From assembly GCF_001194135.2 (NCBI RefSeq), contig NC_068981.1, positions 78,380,835 through 78,417,564 of the forward strand: a DNA stretch of 36,730 nt, read 5' to 3'. The notes under the pieces are model-generated. The model did not search any database and was not told the DNA's origin. It saw only the letters and a list, made by a program, of their open reading frames with translations. Of the stretch, positions 11,806 through 24,575 are shown in pieces (position 1 is the first letter of the stretch; each line of letters begins with the position of its first letter). The position numbers were made by a program, and so were the translations under genes. This stretch comes from Octopus bimaculoides (lineage: Eukaryota).

Positions 11806-12733
11806 NNNNNNNNNNNNNNNNNNNNNNNNNNNNNNNNNNNNNNNNNNNNNNNNNNNNNNNNNNNNNNNNNNNNNNNNNNNNNNNNNNNNNNNNNNNNNNN
11901 NNNNNNNNNNNNNNNNNNNNNNNNNNNNNNNNNNNNNNNNNNNNNNNNNNNNNNNNNNNNNNNNNNNNNNNNNNNNNNNNNNNNNNNNNNNNNNNNNNNN
12001 NNNNNNNNNNNNNNNNNNNNNNNNNNNNNNNNNNNNNNNNNNNNNNNNNNNNNNNNNNNNNNNNNNNNNNNNNNNNNNNNNNNNNNNNNNNNNNNNNNNN
12101 NNNNNNNNNNNNNNNNNNNNNNNNNNNNNNNNNNNNNNNNNNNNNNNNNNNNNNNNNNNNNNNNNNNNNNNNNNNNNNNNNNNNNNNNNNNNNNNNNNNN
12201 NNNNNNNNNNNNNNNNNNNNNNNNNNNNNNNNNNNNNNNNNNNNNNNNNNNNNNNNNNNNNNNNNNNNNNNNNNNNNNNNNNNNNNNNNNNNNNNNNNNN
12301 NNNNNNNNNNNNNNNNNNNNNNNNNNNNNNNNNNNNNNNNNNNNNNNNNNNNNNNNNNNNNNNNNNNNNNNNNNNNNNNNNNNNNNNNNNNNNNNNNNNN
12401 NNNNNNNNNNNNNNNNNNNNNNNNNNNNNNNNNNNNNNNNNNNNNNNNNNNNNNNNNNNNNNNNNNNNNNNNNNNNNNNNNNNNNNNNNNNNNNNNNNNN
12501 NNNNNNNNNNNNNNNNNNNNNNNNNNNNNNNNNNNNNNNNNNNNNNNNNNNNNNNNNNNNNNNNNNNNNNNNNNNNNNNNNNNNNNNNNNNNNNNNNNNN
12601 NNNNNNNNNNNNNNNNNNNNNNNNNNNNNNNNNNNNNNNNNNNNNNNNNNNNNNNNNNNNNNNNNNNNNNNNNNNNNNNNNNNNNNNNNNNNNNNNNNNN
12701 NNNNNNNNNNNNNNNNNNNNNNNNNNNNNNNNN
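11806..12733. other. Assembly gap between microsatellite tracts
   Basis: Run of N. Other gaps: 13028-13037, 23445-23621, 27927-27936, 30780-30789, 35534-35543. Confidence 0.99.
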
Positions 12734-12758
12734 ATTATTATTATTATTATTATTATTA

Positions 12759-12807
<49 letters not shown>

Positions 12808-12842
12808 TATTATCATTATTATTATCATTATTATTATTATTA

Positions 12843-12904
<62 letters not shown>
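12734..12904. repeat. (ATT)n/(ATC)n microsatellite
   Basis: Directly visible. Confidence 0.97.
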
Positions 12905-12906
<2 letters not shown>

Positions 12907-13984
12907 ACTAACTGCTTTCCTGAAAATTGTTTAGTTCCCTCTTGCTAAAAGTCGGAGAATGCATAGTTGAGTGGGTGGACAAAAATAAATATGTGCTTAT
13001 GTATGTATGTGTGTGTGTGTGTGTGTGNNNNNNNNNNATATATATATATATATATATATAATATGCATGCATGTGTGAGTGTATATATGTATACACATAT
13101 GTATATGTATTTGTATATTTGCATGTATGTGTGAGTGTGTATATATATTTTGATGTATAGATATATATATATATATTCTTGCACATGCACACACAGTCAC
13201 ACAGTGATGCACACAGCACCAGTAACAGCAGCAATATTGGTAGAGAGCTTAATATCACAATAGTTCCCCTGGTTTAGTGACTCTTTAAGCTTTATCAGCA
13301 GTCAAATTTCCTAGTTTTCTTAACTGTCATTTAGATATAAAAGTTGTTTGTTGGGATTTTTTTTCTTTTTTTTTTTATTCTGCAGCACCATATTTTTATG
13401 TATAAGAGACTTTTAGAAAATGTTGTTCTTGTATTTTCTTCATAAAAACTAAGTAAGCAAAAATCTCATTTTATCCTCAATGTTAGTGAAACCTGATTAA
13501 AAGCTGTTAATTCCTCATTTCAATTTGTGCTGCTGGTGTTGTAGTTGTTTTTCACTTTGATTTTCTTTCATTTATTATTATTTTTTTGTTTTTTTGATCT
13601 TGACTAGAAATTTATCTCAGACAGGAGAGTCAAATGTCACAGGTATTTTTGGTTAAAAGGGATTGCTTTAAAGGTTATATGGAAGTTATTCTATTTATAC
13701 CAGTTCTTACAGACACTATTCACTGTAAACTTTGTTAGGATTATTTATACATTATACTTCCAATCAAACCAAAGAAAATTTTTATTATGCAGGAAAACAT
13801 TCTTCTATTTTTTTTTTTCATTTTTATTTATTTTTTTGTATTTTAGAAATTCTATGTTCTGGTGACAGACTTGATCATTGCCCAGTTTAACATAGAAACC
13901 TGACTCTTGATTGTTTTTAGTAGAACCCCCTTTGTTTTAAGCATTCAAACCAAGTCTTCATTTTCTTTTTTTTTCTTTTTTTTT

Positions 13985-14222
13985 TTTTTGAACCCAGAAT
14001 GTAAAGATCCACAACAGACCTCTAAGCTTCATACAACCACATCTGATGCTCTAACAATTTTGATTGTCCACTACCCTTGAACGGTACATTTATTTAGCAA
14101 TATCAGAAAGATAAAAGCAAAGTTGATCTCCGTGGGGTTTGAACTAAGAAAGCAAGAAACTAAAATTAGTGTCATAGGCTATTCTGTCCAGTATTCTAAC
14201 AACTCTGCCAATTTACCACCTG
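13985..14222 (-). mobile_element. Two old SINE family-D fragments
   Basis: Reverse complement gives ggtggtaaattggcagagttgttag...agttcaaacccca..caactttgcttttatc...aaataaatgtacc, matching plus-strand copies at 19910 and 24435. Confidence 0.6.
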
Positions 14223-16166
14223 AGGATAATATAATATTCCTCCCTTTCTCTTACAACTCTCAGACTCTGTACAAGGATCATAGGCATTGCCTTATCTCTG
14301 ACTGTATGAAAAATTCTTTTTTTCTTTTAATGTGTTTATTGTTTCTTGGGAACATCTCTTATGTCCTGGCATCTTCTCCATTGAATTCTTGGAGGAACTT
14401 TCATTGAGTCTTAGAACACACCTGTTCTTCTTCAGAAATATCTTCCTGTCTTTTTAAGAGATTTTCCATGTCTCGTTAGGATCTTATTTTCATTACTGAG
14501 AGCAGGTTATGACGTGTTTATTGCTATGTATTGACATGCATATATGCATACATACAAATATATCTGTGTGTGTGTGTGTGTGTGTGTACATACATACATA
14601 CATAAATAAAATTATAAATATATTGGGGAAAAGAGTAATTAAATAAAAATGTTGCTAAATGATTTACCCAAAAGTGTTGTTTTGTAGTAAAAAGTATCGT
14701 AGCCTTCCAATTTATTGATAAAAGATAGCATGAAGAAGTGAGAATTTATATTCTCTGACTTTTCCCATCTGTCATTCCCTGCTTGCAATTTGGTTTTTAC
14801 AGCAGAATTACAAACTGGCACTAGAATTTGTATTTCTGTCAGTCATGTAAAGTGAAGCAGGTAAAATTATGTGCACCTTCATCAGAGACAACCCAATTTC
14901 TATGCAGACAGTTCTAACTGTAGAATAAATTTTATGCTGTGCAGGAGAAGTAGAGTCTAAGATTTTGGGAAAAGCACTTCATTAGAGAGAGAGAGGGGTG
15001 GTTAATTTGTTGTAGTGTGACTTGGACTGTTGACGAGGTGTACAATAGTCCAGCACCTTCACTTTACAACTGCTGTACCTCTACAAATCAAAGTAATTAT
15101 GCATCAAAGCAAAAGTTTATTGTGACTGCCACTGCCTCTTGTAATAATAATGGTAAAAGTGACTACAGTGGTGGTGATGGCAGTGGTAGCTGCTCCCCCT
15201 CCTTCATTAAAAATGATGGTGACAACAACAGTTTAGTAAGTAAGGCTATAAACAAGTGCAGGCTACCATACTTGATGCAGTAAGCCAAAAGTGATCTTCA
15301 GATCAATTAAATTATAACTGTAACATCAGCACCAATAACATTGCTTTTGATAAGGGACACCCCAGAATTTCAATCAACAGAAAATTAATATAAATCAACA
15401 ATACCTACAGAAATTTCACCATCATTTTGAAAATATAAAATTGTTGCAAATTTATTGGAAATCATTAAATACATAATTTCTTTTGGAATTGTACTTTTTC
15501 TGAAGTGATTAATTCTTAAGATGGATAGGAAATTCATATAGATTGTACTGAAGGGAGAACATCTTGGAAAACTATATTCTTTGTTGTATACTTTTTACTA
15601 CTTCTACCTTGAGAGTTGTTACCTATTATTTTTATATTTACATCAACAAGTGAATGCAATCTAGAAAGACTACACACAGTTGTCCATGAGAAAATTACTG
15701 ATTCACTGCTTTTCACTTTTCCAATATAGCTGTTATTAAAATTAAAAATGGAAATATGATTTTAAAATATAATGTACATAGCAAATAATTTAAATGTATT
15801 TATAATGTTATTCTATAGAGTATGTATCTATGTTGATAAAATTTTCACTGATGATAATATACTGTGCTGTATCCTTATTTTCGTTCTGAGAAAAGTACAT
15901 ATAGCTGGTCTTAACCCCACAGTCCCAGTTAACAAAACACAGTAGCTGCTGTACTAAGTTGTGCATCTGATAGTGGGGTTCTAGCTTGAGAGTTCCAAGG
16001 TTTTGAAGAGTGTTGTATCACTGCTTAGCTACTATTGTTACCAGATCTACTTGGTCCTAGAGTAATAGCACTTGTTAGGCTCCCAACTATGGGTTAACTA
16101 ACATGTGAACCACTGGGAGTGAAAAACCCTAGTTCTTATTAGAACTTCCTTCTAGGAGAAGGTAAA

Positions 16167-16398
16167 CATCATCATCATCATTTAATGTCCGTTGTCCATG
16201 CTGGCATGGGCTGGAAGGTTTGACCAGAGCTGGCAAGCTAGGAAGCTGCACCAGTCTCTAGTCCAATTTGGCATGGTTTCTATGGAGGATTACCCTTCCT
16301 AACACCAACCACCCTACAGAATGTGCTGGAAGCTTTTATGTGGCACTGTAAAAGTACTTTTACATGGCGTCACATGGGCACTTTTATGTGACACCATA
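16167..16398 (-). mobile_element. Older family-B copy
   Basis: (ATC)n tttaatgtccgttgtccatgctggcatggg...cccttcctaacaccaacc. Confidence 0.75.
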
Positions 16399-17369
16399 CA
16401 CATATTAAAAATCCTGAAGTGCAAGTAGTATCTGGTTGTTTCAACCACTGTTTTGCTACTGGTTTTATAGCTGATTGTGCTGAGATGCAGGTTCAGTGCT
16501 GTGTCACACTATCCACTCCAAAGAACATCTTGGAAAACTATATTCTTTATATACATTATATACTTTATCCACTCAAAACAAATTCATGGACTCTCAAAAC
16601 ATTTGCATGGACTTACTGAGTTTAGGAAGTAGTCTTACTCAGTGAAAGTTGACTTCCACTGTATGTATTAGTCACACTTAAATTTTGAATATTTTTCCCC
16701 CAATTAATTTTCTTATGAATAATATAAATAATGTAAATGTTGTATCTATGATTATGTCTTTGATTTAGTTCCATAGCTTATCAGTCAATTAATTGCCTTA
16801 TGAATAAAACACATCTTGTGTGTATAACAAATTATGTCTTCAATTTTGTTCCACTGACAAGCATTACATACGTAAACTATAACAGAATGATATTATAGAT
16901 TATACAGAAGATAGTGAGTCATATGTAATAGCTAATGTGACAACTCCAAACAGGTTTTAGTCTTGTTGGAACTCTTCAGTGAAGTACAATTAATACATGG
17001 TTATCTAACCATAACACAATTTACAGTGTTGATAGTTTTGTTATGAAGAAAATTAATTGATGAACAGTTTAAAATAGGGGCATTGGAATATATTGCATGG
17101 TGCTTTTTGCATGGATACAGTAAAGTACTACTTACTACACTTGATACAGTGAGCCAAAAATTAATTTTAACTAACAAAATCTATAAGTGTAATGAGAAAA
17201 TTCTTTGGCCACCTACCGTCAAAGATTATTTTTCACCAGTGGCAAGGGGAGAGAACTCCCAGTATTTCAGTTGACCAAATATTGAATTATGTAAAGGCAC
17301 CTTGAAATTTTCCCGTGTCATTATCATAATTTGCATAAGGGTCATGAATTAACAGACCTATTAAAGTGT

Positions 17370-17560
17370 TCAGTTGAATGATTCACAGCATTTGCTTCAA
17401 CTCTATGCACCCTGACTTCAAATCCTATCAAGTTTAACTTTGCCTTTCATCTTTCTGGGATCAATAAAATAAAATATCATTCAAGAGCTGGAACTACTGG
17501 TATTGACTAGTCCCTTGCCCTAAATTTCATGCCTTTTGTTTTATATAAGAAACCATCATT
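17370..17560 (+). mobile_element. Old SINE family-D fragment
   Basis: ttcaaatcctatcaagtttaactttgcctttcatctttctgggatcaataaaataaa motif shared with other copies. Confidence 0.6.
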
Positions 17561-19223
17561 ATAAATTGCCTAATTAAAAAATTTTCTTCTCTGGAAAACT
17601 TTCAACTCTGCATCACTGTAGTTGAATAATTTTATATTGACTGTTCCTTGTCATGGAGATCCAATAAGAAGATCAGATCAAGCCCACTTCTCCAAATGCA
17701 TAGTTCAATTTAATTTTTGGCCAGTTGTAATTCTGTGAGTTTTTCAACTTACCCCGTTTGAGAAACAGTTTACGTTGGCACTGAGAAATTTTCTTTTCAT
17801 TTTAAAATTATTTTCAGCTCATGTCAAGTACGGCAGTCAGCACATAAATATATGTTCTTCATACACAAGGCACCATTGGCTTGTGTTCCAGAGTTACTAT
17901 AAACAAATGGTTTGGTTGTGTATGGAATGCTACCTGCAGGAGAGACATATAGATAAGGATTTAGCTAAAGATCTTTAACTTTGAATTGCATGAAGTATTT
18001 AAGACTGCAACTCACAGTGGGCTGCCATTTAGGATGTCATTGGGGAGCACAGTCTGAAGTGACACGAGCATATCTGTTCTCAGTGAAAGGACAATGCAGC
18101 ATTCATTTAAGAAATTTGTAGAGGAAATTCAATTTAAAGAACTCCACTTGCAATTTCTGACTGCATATGCAGTAAGTCTATTAGTATAGCATGAATTTCA
18201 CAGAACACAAAAAACTGGAGAGTGGTCAATCATACTGCATAACTTTCCAATTTATGACAAGTGAAAAGTATTAGTTTTACATTTGTTTATTTATTATCTC
18301 ATGCCTGCCTGTTTACACCCACTGCCATACCAAATGAAATTTAGTATTAGTAAAAAAACAAAAACAAGACAAATAAAAATATTATTGTTTTACTGTATCA
18401 GTGATTTTCATAGTCATAATTCAATTACATAATTGCAATTAAGATATCATCCAAGATTATGCAGATTAAGAAACCCAGCACAAGCTGGACTTGACAACCT
18501 TTCTTTCCAGTTGTTTCAGATATGTAGGTAGTTGCTACAGCCAAAATGTTTAATAAACAACTCCTGGTGGTGTGTTGGGCAATCCCAGGTCTGAGAAAGT
18601 TATCTTCGCTTTTACTTTAGAACAATAGAAGGAATTTAAGAAAATGTACTCGATCACCCACCATTTAGCTACCATTAATATTACTTGCAATTGTAAATGC
18701 AAAGTAGGATTTATTAAGTGGATTATAATTATGGTTGTCTGGTTTTTCTAGACATGGCATTTTAGAGCTCTGAACAATGTTTTAACTTTCAGAAACATAC
18801 TGCAGAGTTAACTTCAAACAAAGACAAGATATTGTGTGTATATGTTTGTGTGTGTGTAAGTATAGTAAGGAAGCAACTAAATATCAGTGGTATTGAATAC
18901 ACTAATAAATGTATATTATAAACATGGGTGGCTGATAGTTACTGGCTAAAAGGAAAAAAAAAGCTGACTGTAATAGGTGCCTACTTGCACCAAAAAGCAA
19001 AAAGTTGGAATCATCTATTGCCATAGGCTGATATTGATGGTACAAGATAACAAAATAGAAGAGGAAGAAAGAAATATTTAAGATTAATCAGTTCAGTGAA
19101 ATCTAAGAATAGTGGAATTCATTGATGAGATGAACCTTGGATCATAACATATGAAGTCATACTCTATTGTTGACCTCTCTGATCGATATCAGTAAGGAAA
19201 ATAGATAGTAAACAATGGTGGTG

Positions 19224-19392
19224 GTTATGATGATACAATTAAATTTAATTTTGCAGACTATTAAACCTCATCATTAAAGATGAAAAAGTGGTTTTATTTT
19301 TACATCTACACTGTAGATGTAAATATTGAACCATTTTCTGTATCTAAAGATGAGGTTAATAGTCCGAAAAATTATAATTGTATTAACAATAA
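19224..19392. repeat. Imperfect ~170-bp palindrome centred at 19311
   Basis: Core tacatctaca-c-tgtagatgta; arms gactattaaacctcatc / gatgaggttaatagtc; outer gttatgatgatacaatt / aattgtattaacaataac. Confidence 0.85.
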
Positions 19393-19560
19393 CTCATCTT
19401 AGAGATTTCAACATTAAATGATGATGATAATTAAATTATGTTTATCCAGGCCTGTTTTAAATTACTTGTTTTATTGAATAATTTGACTGATATTTTCTGA
19501 AACAGATGGGTGAAAACTGTCATTTTCTGGTTCAAATTATAGGACTATAATTTAGAGAAT

Positions 19561-19578
19561 TTACAGTTTATACTCCAC

Positions 19579-19653
<75 letters not shown>
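19561..19653. repeat. (ATT)n microsatellite (about 19580-19653)
   Basis: Directly visible. Confidence 0.9.
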
Positions 19654-19734
19654 TTCTTTTCTAGTTGTTAAGAATTGTAAGTGTAACAGTGTCTCTAACC
19701 AAATTTGATCCAGACACAATATAGGTTGTAAGTT

Positions 19735-21290
19735 GGTAGAGTCATTAGAGCATCAGGTGAAAGAACTTGCAGGGTTTATCCCAACTCCTGTTGTGTTTTC
19801 AAATCCCACCAAAGTCAGTGTAGCTTTTTATCCTCTTGAGTCAACAAATAAAGTACCAGACAAAGTTTGTGACCTGATAGAAGTAGAAGAGTAGTATCAT
19901 TATTAGGACAGTGGGTGAGCAGAGAACAGAGCATCAGAATAAATGCCTGCAGTATTTGTTTTGATTCTTGTGCTTTCTGAGTTCAAATACTACCAAAACC
20001 AATTTAACTATTCATCCTTCCAGAGTCAATAAAATAAAGTACCAGTGAAATACCATATTCTGCAGTCTGGAAGACTCTCTTTTTGTTAAGAAAAAGAAAC
20101 CTTGAAAATTACCATTTGTCTTCTGTGATGCTAGTTAAGTTTTTGCTGTGATTTTCTGAAGTCAATGGGAGGTAGTTTGTAGGAGTTGCAGTCAGATGCC
20201 AGTAGCTGATAGGTGGTCAACAGTGGTAAATGTGGTATGGTCACCATGGTATGTCACGTGGATAATTGCTGTGTGGTAAGATCACCATGGTGTCTTAGTT
20301 GGATAATTGCTGTGTACAACAATAAATAACTGACCACAAACCACCAGGTAGGTGGTCATTATCTGGTGATTTTACTCAAAGATGGATATGAGCACTCTAC
20401 TGGTTTACCCACCAATTTTGTCTGACAACAGACATTTAGCATATGCCCACCAAGAACTGCTTGGTCACATACATGGGGCTTTGATAGGTATGAAAAGATT
20501 TTTTTTCCTAGGATTACATTTCCCTAATTAGAGTACATCTTCCACAATTCAGTGTCTACAATGCTGCAAAATATGACACTGGAGTCAATGCTACCAACTA
20601 ACTCACTTACCTCAAAATTTCTAGCCCTGTGCTTAAATTAGAAACCATTAGTCAATAACATAAAGTAGCAGTCAAGTAGTGGAGTCAATGGTATCAGCTA
20701 ATCTACTCCCTCTCAATATTGCTAGCCTTGAGCCTAAATCATGAATACTATTAGGGTGGCATATTGATGGGATCATTAGAGCAGCGTTTCTCAACCAGGG
20801 TTCCACAAAAGGTTCCGAGGGATTCCCTGAGAAAGTGTGAGATAAGCTAATGCTAATTTCATGATCATAATATTATTATACACGCACAACATATTGTTGG
20901 TTATTGTAATTTAGACATCAACCTATATAAGCTATTTTGTTATCAGAAATATATAACAACCATTGGGGATATATTTAGTGATGTCTGTAATTTATGAACA
21001 CCCTATATATATAAAGTGTGTGTGTATATATATATATATATAGGTTAAAATAAAGTACCAGTAAAGTACTAATAAAGTACTAGGGTCAATCTAGTCAAAA
21101 ACCTCAACTCCCCTGAAAATTCAGGCCTTATGCCTATGCTAGAAACAGCCGTTATTATCATTTCAGAGTGATAGAATTGGCAGAATCATTAGATCCTCAT
21201 ACAAAATACTTTGCCTTTGTTCCCTCCTGGGTTAATAAAATGAAGTACCAATCAAGTACTGGGCTAGATGTAATCCAGCTCCTATTTTAA
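19735..21290 (+). mobile_element. Cluster of old SINE family-D copies and tails
   Basis: Recurrent ttagagcatcag...gttcaaat...catcc...gtcaataaaataaagtaccag at ~19735-19862, 19910-20052, 21045-21150, 21165-21290; tail-like pieces at 20570-20740. Confidence 0.65.
20782..20860 (+). mobile_element. Possible hAT-family terminal fragment
   Basis: cagcgtttctcaacc resembles Charlie/MER5-type hAT TIRs; no partner TIR found. Confidence 0.35.
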
Positions 21291-21879
21291 ATGCAATTAA
21301 TGGAGTTTGTTAAATTATGTAACAGTTCTCACAATGAGGTGTTAGCACTGTTGTTGCTACTGCTTAGTTTCAGCCCAATCCTGATCAAGCAGACTTATTA
21401 TCAAAGCCTTTCCAGCCGTTACCACCCTATTTTTTGTTGCAGACTTGCCTTAAACTACATTATCCAGTGAGTCCTGTTTTTGTTCGTTTTGAGGGTTTTT
21501 TTTTTTTAAGACGAGGTTTGTGGTTTACAAGACTGTTATTTCTAGCAAATTAAGAGACTACATAAAGGCTCATACATTGGTTTGTGCTGTTTTTATTGTT
21601 GTTTAGCCCCAGGTCAGACCTGACTGAGAAAATCTATAACGAAAAGCCTTCCAGCAATGATAATTCCATTTACTTCCTTTATTCTTTTTTTCTTTTTTTA
21701 TTTGCAAACATATTGTATCTAATACATTATCACAAGTAGTATTAGATGTCATTTTTAAGACTGTGCAGTATGATTTCAGGGAAATTAGGTAGTTATTTCT
21801 AGCAGTCAAATGGCCATATAGAGACTGCTTTGTTGGCTTGTTTCCGTTTTTTCTTCTTTTTTTTTTCTTCTTGGTGGGC

Positions 21880-22170
21880 CTGGTGGAAGATGTTCTGTCC
21901 ATGGCTTTCACAGGCCCTTCTCTAAAATTGACAAGGCAAGACTCATGCTGAGGGAGTGCTGCAGAAGTGACATTTTGGAGCAAGAGGAATTGGTCTAGCT
22001 GTTTGTGAAGAGCCTGAGGGTTGTACACAAAATGAGTGACAAGAAAAGTAACAGTTGAATGAGTTGGCATGTCTGAGTGAGTGTGGAACAAAACCTAGCA
22101 GTTTGGAGGAACTGAGACCATTAAAGCATTGGTAGACAGCAAACTTGTCTCCTTTCATAGACACATTCCA
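21880..22170 (-). mobile_element. Degenerate 3' fragment of a CR1/L2/Jockey-group LINE
   Basis: AVYQCFNGLSSSKLLGFVPHSLRH..HSFCVQ resembles the post-RT FYRY.NG.CS.EL..LVP region. Confidence 0.5.
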
Positions 22171-22515
22171 GCCTTTGGATTATATTGTTATAATAAGCAC
22201 TGTACAACAAACAGTAAGAGACGAATGAAATGAGGCTGTGAAGGTTGGCCATTTTATCCATTTGAATCTTATTCGTTTCACTTACAAACTATTACCCTTG
22301 AGAAAGGCCTGAACACCACACATTCTTATTCTCCTTCCCTATAAATTTATAACTACTGTGCTTAGAAAATTAAACCATGATCTACACAGAAATAAATTTG
22401 AAACCTATTGCTTTAACCTTTGTTTATATGTTGCTTTTTCTCTTTTTCTTTCAGAATGAAATACTGTTTCTTTTATCTTTATTCGCTTTAACTATTTTAA
22501 AAAATTTTACTTCAG

Positions 22516-22635
22516 GTTCACCTCCAGAAATGCTAGGATCAAAATTAATCAATCAAACTGTTTGGGAAGGATCAGATGTGCGACTTACAGCTAATGTTAA
22601 AGGAGCACCAGGCCCAAGTGTTATTTGGTCCCGTT
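22516..22635 (+). CDS. Internal coding exon: N-terminal half of the next Ig domain
   Basis: Acceptor TTCAG ending at 22515; donor GTGAGT at 22636; 120 nt, phase 1 to 1. Translates (S)SPPEMLGSKLINQTVWEGSDVRLTANVKGAPGPSVIWSR with the G-x-P-x-P-x-V-x-W motif. Joins exon 553-683 in frame. Confidence 0.9.
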
Positions 22636-22773
22636 GTGAGTATCTCTCTTCTCGGTTTGTCATTTGGTCAGAATAATTAATTCTTACCTCATTTTTCATG
22701 CCATTTGCTGTCAGTGATTCGTTTGTTTGCTAGAAGTATGAGCTTTGAGTGAAACTAATTTCATTACTACAGG

Positions 22774-22776
<3 letters not shown>

Positions 22777-22812
<36 letters not shown>
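22777..22812 (+). repeat. Poly-T tract (36 nt)
   Basis: Directly visible, ~140 nt downstream of the exon donor at 22636. Confidence 0.95.
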
Positions 22813-23169
22813 CATTATTTGTTTATTACCTGCTGTAGTAAATGTTACCATGATGATAGTTATAATATGGCTTCAGCCCATTTGACAATATTGCCATATT
22901 ATATCAGTGGGATATATTTGTAAAACTTACTCTTCGATATTTTATAGGTTTCAATGTGTATATGTAATGTAGATAAATGAAATAATGTATGTATATATGA
23001 ACAAGCATTATGTCTCATTTGCAGTTTCTTCTCAGATAAATTATGAGCTTGGTTTGCATCATCTCCTCTTCAACATGGTCAGGTAGTTGCAACAACTGAT
23101 AACATTATTTTCCATGCCAAGTCTCCATAACTAGATCTGAATGCAAAGTACTATATATATAAATATAAT

Positions 23170-23444
23170 TAAGGGATCAGCAAAATATTTGCTTCACCAT
23201 ATACCGAAGTTCAAAAAATAGCAGCTAAAAAAGCTGAGAATCTCACAGATAGCATCACTTGTAACTCACAAAGGCAAAAACAAGAAGAAAAAACAATCTG
23301 AATTGGTTAGTTTTTCATTGTTTTTTCTTCTTGTTTTTGCCTTTGTGAGTTGCAAGTGATGCTATCTGTGAGATTCTCAGCTTTTTTAGCTGCTATTTTC
23401 TGAACTTCGGTATATGGTGAAGCAAATATTTTGCTGATCCCTTA
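23170..23444. repeat. Near-perfect inverted repeat: 128-bp arms, 19-nt loop
   Basis: 23170-23297 versus the reverse complement of 23317-23444 match at 126/128 positions. The right arm runs into the N-gap. Confidence 0.95.
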
Positions 23445-23621
23445 NNNNNNNNNNNNNNNNNNNNNNNNNNNNNNNNNNNNNNNNNNNNNNNNNNNNNNNN
23501 NNNNNNNNNNNNNNNNNNNNNNNNNNNNNNNNNNNNNNNNNNNNNNNNNNNNNNNNNNNNNNNNNNNNNNNNNNNNNNNNNNNNNNNNNNNNNNNNNNNN
23601 NNNNNNNNNNNNNNNNNNNNN

Positions 23622-23672
<51 letters not shown>

Positions 23673-23689
23673 TGAGCTGTTACAACACT

Positions 23690-23870
23690 GGGTCCTATCA
23701 GTTTAGGTCTCAAAGGGCCCACAACTTTTGAACATGAGATCTTTGTGGTGTAGCTGTGAATGTTTGCAGGGAACATTTGGACAAATTTTTGTCTGAAGTA
23801 CCAGATTGACTCATATTACAACAGGAAACACAAAGAAGAGCAGCTCTGTTCAGTTTGCTACTTCTCACCA
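23690..23870 (+). mobile_element. Degenerate 3' end of an unclassified LINE ORF
   Basis: SLGLKGP...DLCGVAVNVCREHLDKFLSEVPD resembles the SL..RGP.LFN...FK..LD.FL..VPD.P C-terminal motif of non-LTR elements. Confidence 0.45.
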
Positions 23871-24434
23871 GGAGCAGTTCTGGAAAGAAAGCAGAGAAAT
23901 GAGTGTGAAATAAAACCACTCATACAAAAGGTAGTGTCCAGCATAGCTGCAGCCTTTGGCTGATACCAGTAAAAGTAATGTATACACACACACGCATACG
24001 TAAAAGCCAACCACACTTGTGTAGGCACGTTGACGGTGTTATGTGCGTATGCATTTTTCCTCTCAAAATTCCTACTGTAAAATCAGATTGTGTTCACTGT
24101 ACTGATGTGAGTATATGTATGTATGTGTAAAAGTATATGCACACATGCATGCTAACATACACACAGATGTTTAGATGAGATGTACAAATGAGAGAAGAAA
24201 GTACTCAAAACACTGGGTAGATTTTATTCATTTGTTTATATAAGAAGCTGAAGGCACACTCATTGCTTGCACATTCTTCAAGATGACTAGTGAGAGATTT
24301 AGGTTCTAACCAGATAGAATTTGTTCACTTCTTTCTCTTAGCATCATTGATCAGTTTGTTGGCTGTGTGTGTACATGTGTGGCAACATAACAAAAATTCC
24401 TGCCATATTTAGATATTGTTGGTGTTGCTGTTTA

Positions 24435-24575
24435 GAAAGTGATGGATCTTTAGAGCATCAAGCAAAATGCCTTGCTGTATTTATTCCAGCTCTGTATATC
24501 CCCAGTTCAAATCCTACTAAGTTCAATTTCCCCTTTCATCCTTTCAGGCTCAGTAAAATAAATCTTTTCCCCTAA
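24435..24575 (+). mobile_element. Old SINE family-D copy
   Basis: ttagagcatcaagcaaaatgcc...cagttcaaatcctac...tttcatcctttcagg...aaaataaat. Confidence 0.6.

Noticed and set aside
14843-14860. 18-nt candidate microexon (AG...GT)
   Set aside because: In the required phase 1 it reads ATC ATG TAA, an immediate stop.
15017-15283. Ser/Gly/Cys-rich 88-aa ORF
   Set aside because: Derived from low-complexity GGT/AAT-type sequence; no domain motif and no convincing splice sites.
22377-22515. Upstream ATG with a hydrophobic, signal-peptide-like stretch in frame with the Ig exon
   Set aside because: Hydrophobicity follows from T-rich polypyrimidine tracts; no promoter evidence, and the 22516 acceptor already matches the phase of the upstream exon.
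22758-22817. Poly-T tract with flanking tttcatta repeats as a retro-insertion
   Set aside because: The order of tail and body is wrong for an antisense insertion, and the body is only 10 nt.
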